Assembly (NCBI GenBank): GCA_963821525.1
Contig: CAWGED010000019.1
Location: 672,001 to 736,000 of the forward strand
DNA: 64,000 nt
Source: an uncultured Gemmatimonadales bacterium
GTDB lineage: Bacteria; Gemmatimonadota; Gemmatimonadetes; Gemmatimonadales; GWC2-71-9
Reading direction: 5' to 3'
The position numbers and the translations under genes are program-made. The notes under the pieces were generated by a model. The model was not told the origin of the DNA, did no database searches, and saw nothing but the letters and a program-made list of their open reading frames with translations. This document shows positions 42,604 through 54,017 of the stretch, piece after piece; positions within the stretch are counted from its first letter, which is position 1, and every line of letters starts with the position of its first letter.

Positions 42604-43398
42604 ATGACCGATCACACCTTGCACTTGCGCCCCGACGAGCTGGACCTGCTTCTGGAAGGCAGGCTCCCTACTGATCGGACGTCACACATCGAAACGTGCG
42701 AGGAATGCCGCTCTGCTTTGGATGAATTGCGGGACGTAGTGGCGCAGTTGAATGCCCTCCCGGCGCTGGAGCCGCCTGCGGGATTTTCCGAACTCGTGAT
42801 GGCCTCGGTGCGAGTCACACCGCTTGCGGTTGGACAGCACCTCACTGCCGATGATCTCGACGCGTGGCTCGCCGGGGCGTTGCACCAGGAGGGACGGAAT
42901 CACCTTTGGGCCTGCACCGAATGCCGGCAACTGGCGGACGCTGAGCGCGCCCTGGTTTATCGGCTGGAACAGCTCCCGCTTTTCCAGCCTGGAGCGCGTT
43001 TCGAAGAGCGTGTGATGGCCAAGGTGGCGATCCCGAAGAGTTGGCGCTCGCGGATCTTCGCCAGCCGGCGTTCGGTTGCCTTGGCGGCGGGACTGGGCAG
43101 TCTGGTCGTTGGATCGATGGGTGCAAGCGTGGCATGGAGTCTTACCCACCAGGATACTCTGGCCGCGCTGGGTACCTGGGCCACTACGGTTGCGACCCAA
43201 TGGACCCTGGCAGCAGCACAGGGCATTGGCTCCCGCATCCTCGCGCAGCCCTGGGTCCTGGAGCTTCGCTCCGCGGCGAGCCCGGGCCGGATAGCAGCGC
43301 TCACCGCGGGAGCGACCGCTCTTTATACTGGCGGTCTCTTCGCGATGCGCCGGCTCCTGGCCTTGCCCGCTCCGCGAGTGGCTCGTGCCCTTCCATAA
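42604..43398 (+). CDS. Membrane anti-sigma factor with two tandem ZAS (zf-HC2) domains
   Basis: HIETCEEC and HLWACTEC each in an HL..D.LD repeat; two TM segments; follows the ECF gene. Confidence 0.82.
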   Translation: MTDHTLHLRPDELDLLLEGRLPTDRTSHIETCEECRSALDELRDVVAQLNALPALEPPAGFSELVMASVRVTPLAVGQHLTADDLDAWLAGALHQEGRNHLWACTECRQLADAERALVYRLEQLPLFQPGARFEERVMAKVAIPKSWRSRIFASRRSVALAAGLGSLVVGSMGASVAWSLTHQDTLAALGTWATTVATQWTLAAAQGIGSRILAQPWVLELRSAASPGRIAALTAGATALYTGGLFAMRRLLALPAPRVARALP

Positions 43399-44974
43399 GA
43401 GAGCGCTGATTCTTGGTCTCGGGTGGGCGCTGGTCCTGGCCCGCCCGGTTCATGCTGCGTGCGACCCTGACGACAGATTCACCGACACGTTCTCCGCCTC
43501 AATCACATTCTTCCGCCAGTTGTTCCACGACGAACCCCCTCGGGTGGTTCGGGATCACATCGTCTCGATTTCTTCGCAGGCCAGCTCCCTCACCTTCGAG
43601 TACGAGGATGGAGGAACCCTGCGCATCTCCCTGCACGACGGGCAGCTGCAGATCGATGATCGGGTGGTGGGCCGGTTCCCTCAGGGTGGTGCGCTGGAGA
43701 CGAGTTGGCGGCAGTTCGTCCTCGAAGCAGCGCGGATCGGGACGGGAGAAGTTCTGACCCTCGCCAGAGACTGGCAGCCGGATGGACTGAGTCGCGATGA
43801 GCAGGGTCTCGTCTCACTGGTGCAGGAGCGGCTCGCCGCGCTGAGCGCGCCAGAAGCCGGAGCCGGGCTGCCACAGGCCGTGCCGCCAGCCGACGCCGGC
43901 GGTCTGGTCATCGATATCTCGGACCTGAGCGATCCTGATCATCTCGAGCCGCTCTTCCGCCGGGCAGCGGGACTCGAGGGCACTGGGTTGCGGGTGACCG
44001 TGCCGGGAGGCCAGGCCCGCGCCGGTCACTTCAGCATCGGCTCCGGCGAGACCGTGAAGGGACCGTTGCTGGTGATCCGGGGCGACGCGGATGTATTCGG
44101 AACGCTCGAGGGAAATCTCGCCACCGTAGACGGCAACGTGACAGTGTATCCCGGGGCGGTCGTAACCGGAGACGTCCTCGCCGTAGCCGGTGACGTGCGC
44201 GATCGTGGCGGGGAAATCCGTGGGGAGATTCGAACCCTCCGAGCCCAACCCACTCCCCCTCAGCCTACTCCGCCTCCCGAACCCGCACCAAGCCGTCTCG
44301 GGCTCACCGCGCGCAATGCCGCAGGGCTCGCCGGTGTCTTCATCACTCTGCTGCTGATCGGGACCGGCATGGTGATGTTCGCGAGACCGCCGCTGGAAGT
44401 GGTCTCGGATACCGTGGCGCACTCCTTCGGGCGGGCATTCCTGGTGGGGCTGCTCGGCCAGATCCTGCTGCTCCCGACCTTCGGCATGCTGGTGGTCGGG
44501 CTGATCTTGAGCGTCGCGGGGATCCTCCTGCTCCCCTTCGCGGTCATCGTGTACGGCCTACTGGTCGTGGTCGCGGTCCTGGGCGGCTTCCTCGCCGTGG
44601 CTCACGCCATGGGAGAGCGCTATACCAGGCGCCAGTTGGCGCTCGGCGCTTCAATGACAAGCGCGAACAGCTATCGCTACGTCACGGTCGGGCTGGTCGG
44701 CATCCTGACACTCTGGGCCGTCTGGGTCTTCTTCGGCTGGGTGCCGGTTGCCGGGACCTTGCTGCTCGCCGCGGCGGCGCTGGTGACCTGGTTGCTGGCG
44801 ACGGTCGGATTCGGTGCAGCGTTGCTGAGCCGCGCCGGGTATCGCGAAGAGTTTGCCGGACGCCTGCTACCGGCCGAAGCGCTCACCGACGAATTCCTGT
44901 GGGCGACACCGCAGTTTGGAGTCCCTGCCCAGAGCAGGCCCGGCACTCGCACTCCACCACCTCCTTACCGCTAG
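43385..44974 (+). CDS. Membrane protein with bactofilin-like beta-solenoid and C-terminal TM bundle
   Basis: Signal peptide; repeats GDADVFGTLEGNL..VDGNVTV..GAVVTGDV..VAGDV; ~5 TM helices. Confidence 0.75.
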   Translation: MPFHKRALILGLGWALVLARPVHAACDPDDRFTDTFSASITFFRQLFHDEPPRVVRDHIVSISSQASSLTFEYEDGGTLRISLHDGQLQIDDRVVGRFPQGGALETSWRQFVLEAARIGTGEVLTLARDWQPDGLSRDEQGLVSLVQERLAALSAPEAGAGLPQAVPPADAGGLVIDISDLSDPDHLEPLFRRAAGLEGTGLRVTVPGGQARAGHFSIGSGETVKGPLLVIRGDADVFGTLEGNLATVDGNVTVYPGAVVTGDVLAVAGDVRDRGGEIRGEIRTLRAQPTPPQPTPPPEPAPSRLGLTARNAAGLAGVFITLLLIGTGMVMFARPPLEVVSDTVAHSFGRAFLVGLLGQILLLPTFGMLVVGLILSVAGILLLPFAVIVYGLLVVVAVLGGFLAVAHAMGERYTRRQLALGASMTSANSYRYVTVGLVGILTLWAVWVFFGWVPVAGTLLLAAAALVTWLLATVGFGAALLSRAGYREEFAGRLLPAEALTDEFLWATPQFGVPAQSRPGTRTPPPPYR

Positions 44975-44977
44975 ACC

Positions 44978-45835
44978 ATGCGCCGTGCTTCCGGGGCATT
45001 CGCCGTGCTTCTTCTGCTTTGGCTGATCGCACCCAGTACGCCGCTCTCCGCGCAGGACTACCGCACCGTGACCCTGTCCAAGCAGTACCGGGGACAGGAC
45101 AGCCTGCAGGCCGAGATCGAATTTGCCGCCGGGGTATTGAAGGTCCGGCCGGGATCGCCGGGGTCGCTCTATCGCATGGAGCTTTCCTATGATCCCCAGC
45201 GTTTCGCGCCGCTCAGCAAGGTGGACAGCAGCGGGACCGATCTCCGCCTCGGCATCAAGAGCAGCGGACAGGCGGGAATCAGTGTGGGACTCAAGAACGA
45301 TCGCCCGCAGGATGGGCTGATCGAGCTCAACCCCCGCACGATTCTTTCTCTGGACGTCTCCCTTGGCGCCGCCCAAGCCGATCTGGATCTCGGTGGACTC
45401 CGCGTCTCTCAGGCCGAGATCCGGACCGGGGCCAGCGAGACCACGCTGCGGTTCAGCTCACCCAACCGGGTGCAGTGCGAGCAGATGAGCATCAGCGTTG
45501 GAGCCGCGGAATTCTCGGCTTACCAGCTGGGCAACAGCGATTGCAAGACGATCAGCGTGGATGGAGGCGTGGGTGGCGTGCTGGTTGACCTGACTGGCGC
45601 CTGGAAGCGCGACGCGACGATAACTCTGGCGGTGGCCCTGGGCGACATCTCGTTGGTTCTGCCCAAGGAAGTCGGTGTCGAGCTGACGCTGGACCGCTTC
45701 CTCTCGAACTTCAATCCCGAGGGATTCGTCCATGAGGGCAGGGTCTACCGCTCGCTGAACTATTCCACTGCCGGGCGCAGACTTTCCCTGTCTCTCACCA
45801 GCACGGTTGGAGTGGTGAAAGTGGAGTGGAAGTGA
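44978..45835 (+). CDS. Exported toast-rack / LiaF-like beta-repeat protein
   Basis: Signal peptide; repeats of L.V..GA....LDL..L, GGVG.V.VDL. Confidence 0.65.
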   Translation: MRRASGAFAVLLLLWLIAPSTPLSAQDYRTVTLSKQYRGQDSLQAEIEFAAGVLKVRPGSPGSLYRMELSYDPQRFAPLSKVDSSGTDLRLGIKSSGQAGISVGLKNDRPQDGLIELNPRTILSLDVSLGAAQADLDLGGLRVSQAEIRTGASETTLRFSSPNRVQCEQMSISVGAAEFSAYQLGNSDCKTISVDGGVGGVLVDLTGAWKRDATITLAVALGDISLVLPKEVGVELTLDRFLSNFNPEGFVHEGRVYRSLNYSTAGRRLSLSLTSTVGVVKVEWK

Positions 45836-45882
45836 ACATCGCTCAGCGGGATGGCGATACTGTTTGAGACTATCGTCCTGCA

Positions 45883-47776
45883 TCACTTCCGAACCACATC
45901 GAGGATACGCTTGCGTTGCCCCGGCGTGACCATATCCCGGGCAACCACATCTCTGGAGATTCGCGCCACGAAGGAATATCCGCGCGGTTCCGCAATCAGC
46001 CACCGTTGCCATTCCAGCTCGTCCAGAGCTTCGTGGAGCGCCTGGCCATCGACTCCGCTGCCCAGGCTCAGATCCGTGCTGTTCACGCGGTCCCCCAGCA
46101 CGGCCGCCGCCCCAAGCACGCGCTGAGCCGTCGTCGTCAGCTTCCGAAATCCAATTCGTATGGCCGCCACGACAGCATCGGGAAGATCCCCGGGGAGCGT
46201 TTCACTGAGCGTCCGGAGCGGGCTGGGCCAGGCACCATCGCTCTGACGCAGATCCAGTCCCAATGCCACCGCGTGTAGTAGTTCAACGACCAGCAGCGGC
46301 AGGCCGGCGGAGTCCATCGCCACCCGCCGTGCGACCCGATCCAGCTCCGTCTCGGTGAACCGGGGAAGCGCCCAGCGAGCCAGTTCGTGAATGGCCGCGA
46401 CCTTCAACGGTTCCACCTGCACGACCGTTCCGGGAACATCTCTCGGGATCCGGACGCGAATGGCATCGACCTCGGGCCGCGCCTCCTGCAGGGTAGTAGT
46501 GAACACCACGAAAAGGGGAGCGGCGCGACCGTCACGGAGGACCGCGCCCAAGGCGAGAATCGATTCCCGGTCGGAACTCTGAACGTCATCCACCGCGAGC
46601 AACACTGGCTGTTCCTGGCTGATGGCAGCGAAGACCTCGATGAAGGCTCGACCAACGGTGAGACCAGCGGCCTCGGATGGCGAGTAACGATCGGCCCATT
46701 CAGGAATCCGTGCCTGCCAGGACGCCAAGACTCTGCGGGGTGGCCGAGGAGAGGCCTGGCATGTCCAGCATGCCTCCTCGAGCGAGGCCAATCAGAGTCG
46801 CGAAGGGCTCGGTCGAGTCTGCTTGCACCGCGCGGACAGCGGCGACCGAGGCTCGATCAAGCCGGGCGCGCTCCAGCAACTCTTCGAGTAGGCGGGTCTT
46901 GCCGGTACCGGAGTCACCCTCGATGATGGCGATGGTCCCGCGCTTCTGTTCCCGGCACGTCGTCCATGCCTCGAGCAGGCGGCCAAGATCTTCACCCCGC
47001 GCCACGAGCGGCGCGCGGCGCGAATAGGCACTCGCCGATTCGAGGGCATCCGGGGCCAGATTCCATCCCCGCCCTCGGCGGATCCGCTCCGCCAGAGCAA
47101 CGGTCTCCTGCTCGGGAGCGACTCCGTTCGACTGGGACAGCCCGGCGCTCAGCCGCTCGAATTCCGCCAGAGCGCCCGCCCGATCTCCGCTGATCGCCAG
47201 TCCCTTCATGAGGGCCCGGGCTGCGCCTTCGGCGAGCGGATCGAGCCCCAGTGCCCGGCGGGCCAACTCGATCCCCTTTAGCATGCTGCCACTTCCCAGG
47301 CTTTCCCCGGCTGCACGACTCAGGGCCTGGGTCCCGAGCCGGCGCCACGCCTCGCGTTCGTGTCGCAGCCAATCTTCGAAGTCGGAAGCTCCCGGAACTC
47401 CGAATCCCTCGAGGAACTCGCCTCCTACCAGATCGGCGGCCTCGCTCCACTTTCCAGCGGCGACCAGCGTCTCGAACCATTCGGTGTCCAGCTCCAACGA
47501 ATTGGCCACGATGTGCACCTGACGGGCATCACTCTGTACCGCGTCTTCACCGACGGCGCGGCGCAGCACTCTGAGCGCTTCGTTGAGCGAATGGCGCGCC
47601 TGGGTTTCCTGTTTCTCCGGCCACAACAATCCCACGAGGTGGTCGCGGGTGCGGCCCCGGGGTGAGCGTGCCAGATAGACCAGGAGTGCCAGGTTCTTCC
47701 GCCAGAGGAGTTCCTGCGGAGCGGGACCTCCGTCGGCAGTGACTTCGACCGGGCCCAACAGTCGGCAGCGAATCAC
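45883..47776 (-). CDS. BTAD + AAA (STAND-like) ATPase regulator (frameshift near 46730)
   Basis: RLLGPV, LALLVYLA, FEDWL...RE, DPLAE, GDRAGAL; Walker A GDSGTGKT, Walker B LAVDDVQ, GLPLLVVEL. Confidence 0.82.
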
Positions 47777-50661
47777 GAGGAACAATCCTTCAGCTGCCCG
47801 ATCCGCGCCTGCTTGAGGTCGGTAAAGGAGGGCTCGGCGTTGCTCCACAGCTCACGGACCCGCCGCGCCAGATCGCAGGCGCTGCAGGTGCGCCCCGCCG
47901 CGCGATCGACTTCGGCTTGAAGCAGCCGGCCGTAAACCGCCCATCATGCCGTCTACGTCCCTTGCCTCCAGATCGTGCTGCGGCCAGCCCTCGATATCCT
48001 CGGAATTGTGGAACCAGAGGCGTGTGCATCCGCCGGCAGTGTCTCCGAGCAGGCAGCTGCCAGTTGATCCGCGCAGGTACAGTACCGAGCGGGCAAAGGG
48101 ATCCTGCACCACGTCCTGCCGTGAGCGTAGGAGATCAGTGCATCCGGATGGCGCAGCGCATCTTCCGCTCCGTCCCCGAGCCGCCAATTGCAATGCAGCG
48201 GTTACCAATGCGCGAAGCCTCGCGGCAGCCGGGCATCGTCATCCGGGTCGCGAACTATAGCGCCGCCACAGTATCCCCGCTGCTCTCTGCGTCCACCGCG
48301 AGGGCCCAGAGCGCGCGGGTCCCCATGGCATCCGTATGGCCGGCGACTGTCCTGAGCCAGAGCCAGGCCGCTACTCGCGCTGCGCGACCGAAACCCCGGG
48401 AGACCAAGATCGCCGGGATCACTCTCCACTCGGCACGCTCGACCAGGCCGTCGGGCCGATTCCACATGAACGCTGCCGTGTCGAGCTGAGGAAGCGCAGC
48501 CAAAGGACGGCCGAGGGACATCGAGCGCCAGTCCCTGCGCCCGGTGACCATTCGCCCGCGCGTGTCTCGAATCCAGCCCGTTCCGCGCCAGGATCTTGCC
48601 GAGGGCCAGTTGTGCATCCGGGAATATCGAAGGAGATAGCCCAGTCGGCAGAAGCGATTCATGCTTTCCATGGTGGTGGAATCGGCAGTCAGGCCGACGT
48701 ACCAGCGCTTGACGCTGGCGCGCCAGGGGCGGAACCGCTCGTCGTAGGCAAACTTGAGAAATCTGCCGACGCTGCAGTATCCTCCTGCTCCCCCGAGAGC
48801 GGTAATACTGAGCCTGGTACCGAGGGTGGAGTCGGCTTGGGCCCGGCGGCCCAGACGCAGATAGCCATAGAAGAGATGATCGTAGGCCGGCATCTGCTCG
48901 AGGTCCGGATCGATAGCCACCGCGGAGTCGAACTGGGCCAGTGGCCGAATCAAGCGGATAACCGACCAGCGGGCCACGGTGGAAGAGCTCGTCGGCATAC
49001 ACGAAGCGGACATAGCCGTCCTGCGGGAAGGCGCGGCAGTAGTGCGATAGAGCTCGAAACTCCGGTGCAGGTCGGATCCAGCAGGGCTGCGGATCAGAGC
49101 GCGATACTGTTCGGGAAGCTCCGGGCCCGGGTCCTTCATAGAGATTCTTCAGGTGTGCGCCAACGGCAGGCGGAGGAAGCGATAGACGATGCCGAGCCGC
49201 CATGAGGCGTGGAGGAACGTCGAGTCGGCAGCCAGGGCTGCTTCGTAATGGTGGCGGGCGGAGTTGTAGGCATCACGCTGAAAATCCGTTCTCGCCCGCG
49301 AAAATTGGGCGTAGGCCGCCCGGTCCGAGTTGGGATTCGCCCGCTTTCTCAGCCCCAGTAGTAATCCCAGTATGCGGGAAGACAGCTGATGGACGATCGA
49401 GTCGGCTGCGGAACGACTCCAGCGATGGGATCGGTCGGGTCGCCAGGCCACAGTCAGGACATGGAGGGCTCCGGCTCACTTGTCCCGAACCGTCATGCGC
49501 AACACCCATCCCTCGGCTGGCGGAGCAGTAGCCCGGATACCACCTGTCGGGCGCGGAGATCTCTGCGAGCCCGCACCTCGCGCAGTAGCGGAGGAACGGA
49601 ATCGATCCAACAGGCGACCGTGCGCCTCTGGCGTCACCCGCAGGCGACCAAACCAGTCGACCTCGAACTGGACCATTCGAGCGAAATCGTCTGCCGCCCA
49701 CTCCGGGAGATCCCCCACTCACAGTAAACGGCAGAAACGCCAGGTCCGAACGCCCGGCGGCGGCAGGACGAAGGCTGAGGCTTTGGGCCAGAAAAACATG
49801 GCGCCTACGATCAGACCCGCGGCCAATGCGAAGGCGAGCGGGAGTCGTCCGAGTTCGGCTTCCGCTCCAGGGAGGCCAGCGCGTTCTCGAAGGCCGAGTC
49901 GCGGTGGGCCAACGGTCGGCTGGGCAGGCTGCAGTGCACGCTTGAGAACCTTGGCCATGCCGGAGGGCACACCGGTCCAGTCGCCCAGGCGCGGCGGAGT
50001 GTGCATCCGCCAGTGCCGTCCCGTCATCGCCTCATACAACACGAGTCCCGCGGAATAGAGATCGGACCGCCCGTCGACCGGCTCCCCGCTCGCCTGCTCC
50101 GGGCTCATGTAGACGACGGTACCGATCTGTTGACCTGGAGTCGTCAGTTCGGTCTCCGAATCGGTCCGCGCGGAGTGGGCAATGCCGAAGTCACTGATCA
50201 GGGCCCGGCCTTCGACCATGAAAATGTTCGAGGGCTTGATGTCGCGATGAACGACGTCGATACGGTGCGCCGCGGCAAGGCCATTCAGGACTCCCATGCC
50301 CATGCGGCGGGCCTCATCGGGAGTAAACCGGCCCCGCTTCAGCTGGGTGGCGAGCGTTTCGTCACCCAGATAGTCCATGACTGTAGTAAGAGAGGCCGCC
50401 CTTTTCCTGGACGTTGTGGATCGAGACTACATGAGGATGGGGTGCCAGCCGGGCGAGGTGCCGTGCTTCGTTGAGGAACCGCTTCTGCAATACGGCGATG
50501 GCAAGCTCGGGATTGAGAACCTTGATCGCGATGGGACGGTCGAGGGCAGGATCGTAGCCCAGATATACCAATCCCATTCCACCGCTGCCGAGCAGCCGTA
50601 GAAGGGAATAGTCGGGCGCCAGGACCTTCCCCAGCCGATCCATCAGCAAGGCGGGATCCAC
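47773..50661 (-). CDS. Ser/Thr protein kinase with TM and TPR-like C-terminus, heavily frameshifted (error-rich or pseudogene)
   Basis: LGSGGMG, AIKVL, HRDIKPSN, DFG, YMSPEQ, SDLYS; TPR-like fragments in several frames; reconstructed stop overlaps the BTAD GTG. Confidence 0.7.
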
Positions 50662-50723
50662 GGTCCCCCTGCAGGGATAGCGTGAACCTACAGTGCGATC
50701 TTCCTGCGGACCAGCGTGCGTGC

Positions 50724-51482
50724 TTAACCCAGTCTGGCGCGCACCCTTCCTCCTACTCCGAGACCCAGCCGTCGGGCAGCCGAGCCGTCCCGCACCGCAA
50801 TTTCGACGGTTCCTCCCGATCCCAGATAAGCCACGAGTCCACCGGTCGGCACATCGCCGAAGGTGCGACGCAGCGGCCCAATAGAAAGTTCCTCGGCCTC
50901 GAGCACCGCGTAAGGGGGAACCAGGTCCGGGGTGAGGTTGGTGATCAGATTGCCGTAGCGGTCGATGAAGATGACTTCCCCGATCACACTCTTGCCCTGG
51001 TATTGGGGGTGCGCGCCCGATAACCGGACCGGAACCCTGCTGTAGGGCTGACCCAGAGACGAAACTGGTTCACCTCGAGCGAGCGCCGCCGCGGCGGGAG
51101 CGAACACATCTCGACCATGGAAAGTCGCCGAGGCAGCTTCAGGCAGCGGCAGGCTGACTGTCTCCACTTCGGTTCCGTGCAGAACTGCGCTGAAGACTCC
51201 GTTGTCCGGTCCCACAAAGCCGTGACCCTTCGCTGTGAACGCAAGCGCGCCTCTCGCCGTGCCCACGCCGGGATCCACCACCACCAGATGAACCGTTCCC
51301 GAGGGAAAGCGGGACCAGGTCCGTCCCAGGACATATGAGGCTGCCGGGAGGTCTCCCGGAGCAATTGAGTGGGTGATGTCAACCAGAGTGGACCCAGGGG
51401 CCAGGGAGAGGAGCACCCCCTTCATTTCACCGACGTAGGGGTCCGAGGTGCCGTAGTCTGTAAGGAGAGTTATCAGGGTCAC
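50724..51482 (-). CDS. SAM hydroxide adenosyltransferase family (DUF62; chlorinase/fluorinase superfamily)
   Basis: TLLTDYG..DPYVGEMKGV, VVDPGVGT.R, GPDNG, TFHGRDVFAP, IDRYGNLITN. Confidence 0.92.
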   Translation of the reverse strand: MTLITLLTDYGTSDPYVGEMKGVLLSLAPGSTLVDITHSIAPGDLPAASYVLGRTWSRFPSGTVHLVVVDPGVGTARGALAFTAKGHGFVGPDNGVFSAVLHGTEVETVSLPLPEAASATFHGRDVFAPAAAALARGEPVSSLGQPYSRVPVRLSGAHPQYQGKSVIGEVIFIDRYGNLITNLTPDLVPPYAVLEAEELSIGPLRRTFGDVPTGGLVAYLGSGGTVEIAVRDGSAARRLGLGVGGRVRARLG

Positions 51483-51503
51483 CGGGATTGCGCCGCCGGC
51501 GCA

Positions 51504-52615
51504 TCACCCGCGCATGAATGGGCAGGGCGAACGTCTTCCCTCCAACCTGACGGTGCAGCACGTCGGCCAGTCCGGCGAGTGCGACGGCGGCGGGACTGGA
51601 GGGAGAGCCCACGATGACCGGGACGCCGCGATCGGCCTGCTCAGCCAGACCCGGCTGGAGCGGTATCGACCCCAGCAGCGGCACGCCAAGCTCCTCGGCG
51701 AGACGCTCGCCACCTCCGGAGGAGAAGAAGGCTATCCGCTTGCCGGTCTCAGGATCGATCGTAGGCTCCCATGTTTTCGACGACGCCGGCCACCGGGACC
51801 CCGACCCGCTCGAACATCTTGGCGCCACGCAACGCGTCACCCACCGCGACTTCCTGCGGGGTGGTGACGATCACCGCCGTCGCGACGTGGCAGGACTGGA
51901 CCAGCGAGAGTTGGGCATCGCCGGTGCCGGGCGGCAGGTCCACGATGAAGTAGTCGAGATCGCCCCAGTCCACGTCGCGCAGGAACTGCTGCACGATTTT
52001 CATGATGATCGGGCCGCGCCAGATCGCGGGCGCATCCCGGTCCACCAGGAAGCCGAGCGACATGAGCCGGACTCCATGGGCCACGTGCGGCTCGATTTTC
52101 CCGCCGACGACAGGCGGTTTTTCGAAGACCCCAAACATGCGGGGGATGTTGGGACCGTAGACATCCGCGTCCATGAGCCCGACCTGGTGCCCGGCCTGCG
52201 CCAGCGCGACGGCAAGGTTGGCCGACACTGTGGACTTGCCCACCCCGCCCTTCCCCGAGGAGATCGCGATGATCTTGCCGAGGTTGGGGAAGTCGCTGGC
52301 CGGCGGCGGGGCCGGCATTCCGGCGCTCTGCGGCGCCCCTGGTGGCGGATGGGTGGACTTGGCGGGACCACCGGGGTCCACGACGCTGATCCGGACCTCG
52401 GCGGGATTCACTCCCTCGACGGCGCGGACTGCGGCACGTGCCTCCCGGACCAGAGTCGCCGGATCCTCACGACCCAGCAAAAAGGTGAACGAGACCTTGC
52501 CGTTATCCTCGACGACCAGATCGCGCACCATGCCGGAGGACAGCAGATCGTTTTCGAGACGGGGGTTCTGGATCCGCGAAAGCGCCGCGGCGACTCTCGC
52601 GCTCAGTTCGGACAT
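51504..52615 (-). CDS. mrp: Mrp/ApbC/NBP35 Fe-S carrier ATPase (frameshifts near 51761 and 51516)
   Basis: N-terminal DUF59-like domain, SGKGGVGKST, DADVYGPNIP, WRGP, DLPPGTGD, TTPQ, VENM. Confidence 0.9.
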
Positions 52616-52656
52616 GTCCTGGGACCTCGGCACTGGCGGCTCGGCGGGTAAAGTGC

Positions 52657-52908
52657 TCAGATCGCCTCTACTTTGAGCACCTCGGGCACCAGCTCCTTCA
52701 GCCTGACCTCGATCCCCTGCTTGAGGGTAACGGTTGAAGCGGAGCAGCCATGACAGGTTCCGCCCAGGCGCAGAAGCAGGATCCCCTGGGCTTCATCGAA
52801 GTCCACCACTTCGACGCTACCCCGGTGGGAGGCAATGTAGGGACGCATCGAATCGAGCGTTTGCTCGATCCGAGCCAACAGATCGGGCTCAGTGTAGTTG
52901 CTGGTCAT
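52657..52908 (-). CDS. NifU/NfuA C-terminal domain protein
   Basis: RPYIASHRGSVE, LGGTCHGC, TLKQGIE. Confidence 0.92.
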   Translation of the reverse strand: MTSNYTEPDLLARIEQTLDSMRPYIASHRGSVEVVDFDEAQGILLLRLGGTCHGCSASTVTLKQGIEVRLKELVPEVLKVEAI

Positions 52909-52976
52909 CCTCTCAAATCCTTACGTCTCCACGTCTCAACTTACGATATCCCCACTTCCCAGAAAGGTAATCCCCC

Positions 52977-53996
52977 TCAGCGACTCCCATTTCCCGACAG
53001 GTAGGCCCGGGCCTCGGCCAGGACCCGGGATTGCACCTCGGCCATAGACCCTTCGACCGAAAGGCCTGAGGCCTTGGTATGGCCGCCACCGCCGAATGGC
53101 CTGGCAAAGCCCGCGACATCAACGTCGCCGACGGAACGGAGTGAAACCTTCACCCTGCCGGCAGCGATTTCACGGAACAGGAGCGCCATCCGGACGCCCG
53201 CGATGCTCCGGGGGAACTCGACGATGCCATCGAGATCATCGGGTGTGGCCCCAAAGCGTTCCATCGCACCCGGGGGCACGGTGACCCATGCCAGTCCGTG
53301 CTCCCGTTCAACGACCATGGTCTGGAGCGTCTCGGCCAGGAGACGCGCCCGGCCCTCCGGCGCGTTGGCGTAGACGTCGAGATAGATCTGTTCCGGGTCG
53401 AGACCGACTTCGAGAAGAGCCGCAGCTACACGCAGGACGTGGGGGCGGGTATTGCTGAAGCGGAACGCTCCGGTATCGGTGAGAATCGCGACGTAGAGCG
53501 CGCGGGCCGCGAGTGGGGTGAGCTTCCAGCCGTTGGCCGCTGCGATTTCGTAGACCAGCTCACCCGTGGCGGATGCCTCGGGATTCACATAGCGCGGGCC
53601 GGGGGGAAGCAGTCCCGGGCTCACGTGATGATCGATGCAGGCGACCGGCACTCCCCGGTCCCGAACCAACCCGCCGAGCATGCCGAGGCGACCCAAATCG
53701 GAGATGTCGAGGACGACGATCAGGTCGGACTTGCGGAGTTCCTTCACCGCCGCGTCGCTGCGATCGACGCCCGGGAGATCATGAAAGAGGAAGCTGTAGC
53801 GTTCCGGAGTCGGCGACGGATTGGTGACCGTCACCTCGCAGCCCTTGGCGCGCAGCAGATGCGCGAGGCCTACCTCGCTGCCCAGTCCATCTCCGTCCGG
53901 ATTGACGTGGGTGGTGAGACAGACCCGTTGGCCGGGTGAGAAAACCCCGGCCAATTCCCGTGCGGCGTCGATACGATCGGGAGAAAGCGTTGTCAT
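52977..53996 (-). CDS. DHH/DHHA1 phosphoesterase (NrnA-like)
   Basis: HVNPDGD, IDHH, TDTG.F, SLRS, GGGGH. Confidence 0.92.
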   Translation of the reverse strand: MTTLSPDRIDAARELAGVFSPGQRVCLTTHVNPDGDGLGSEVGLAHLLRAKGCEVTVTNPSPTPERYSFLFHDLPGVDRSDAAVKELRKSDLIVVLDISDLGRLGMLGGLVRDRGVPVACIDHHVSPGLLPPGPRYVNPEASATGELVYEIAAANGWKLTPLAARALYVAILTDTGAFRFSNTRPHVLRVAAALLEVGLDPEQIYLDVYANAPEGRARLLAETLQTMVVEREHGLAWVTVPPGAMERFGATPDDLDGIVEFPRSIAGVRMALLFREIAAGRVKVSLRSVGDVDVAGFARPFGGGGHTKASGLSVEGSMAEVQSRVLAEARAYLSGNGSR

Positions 53997-54017
53997 ACCG
54001 CGAAATCTAACGACACT

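Noticed and set aside
50724..51482. Fluorinase/chlorinase of a halometabolite cluster
   Set aside because: Housekeeping context with no biosynthetic genes; fits the widespread DUF62 SAM hydrolase
52917..52945. Possible further heptamer array (CTTACG/TCTCCACG/TCTCAAC)
   Set aside because: Too short and degenerate, with no clear inverted arm
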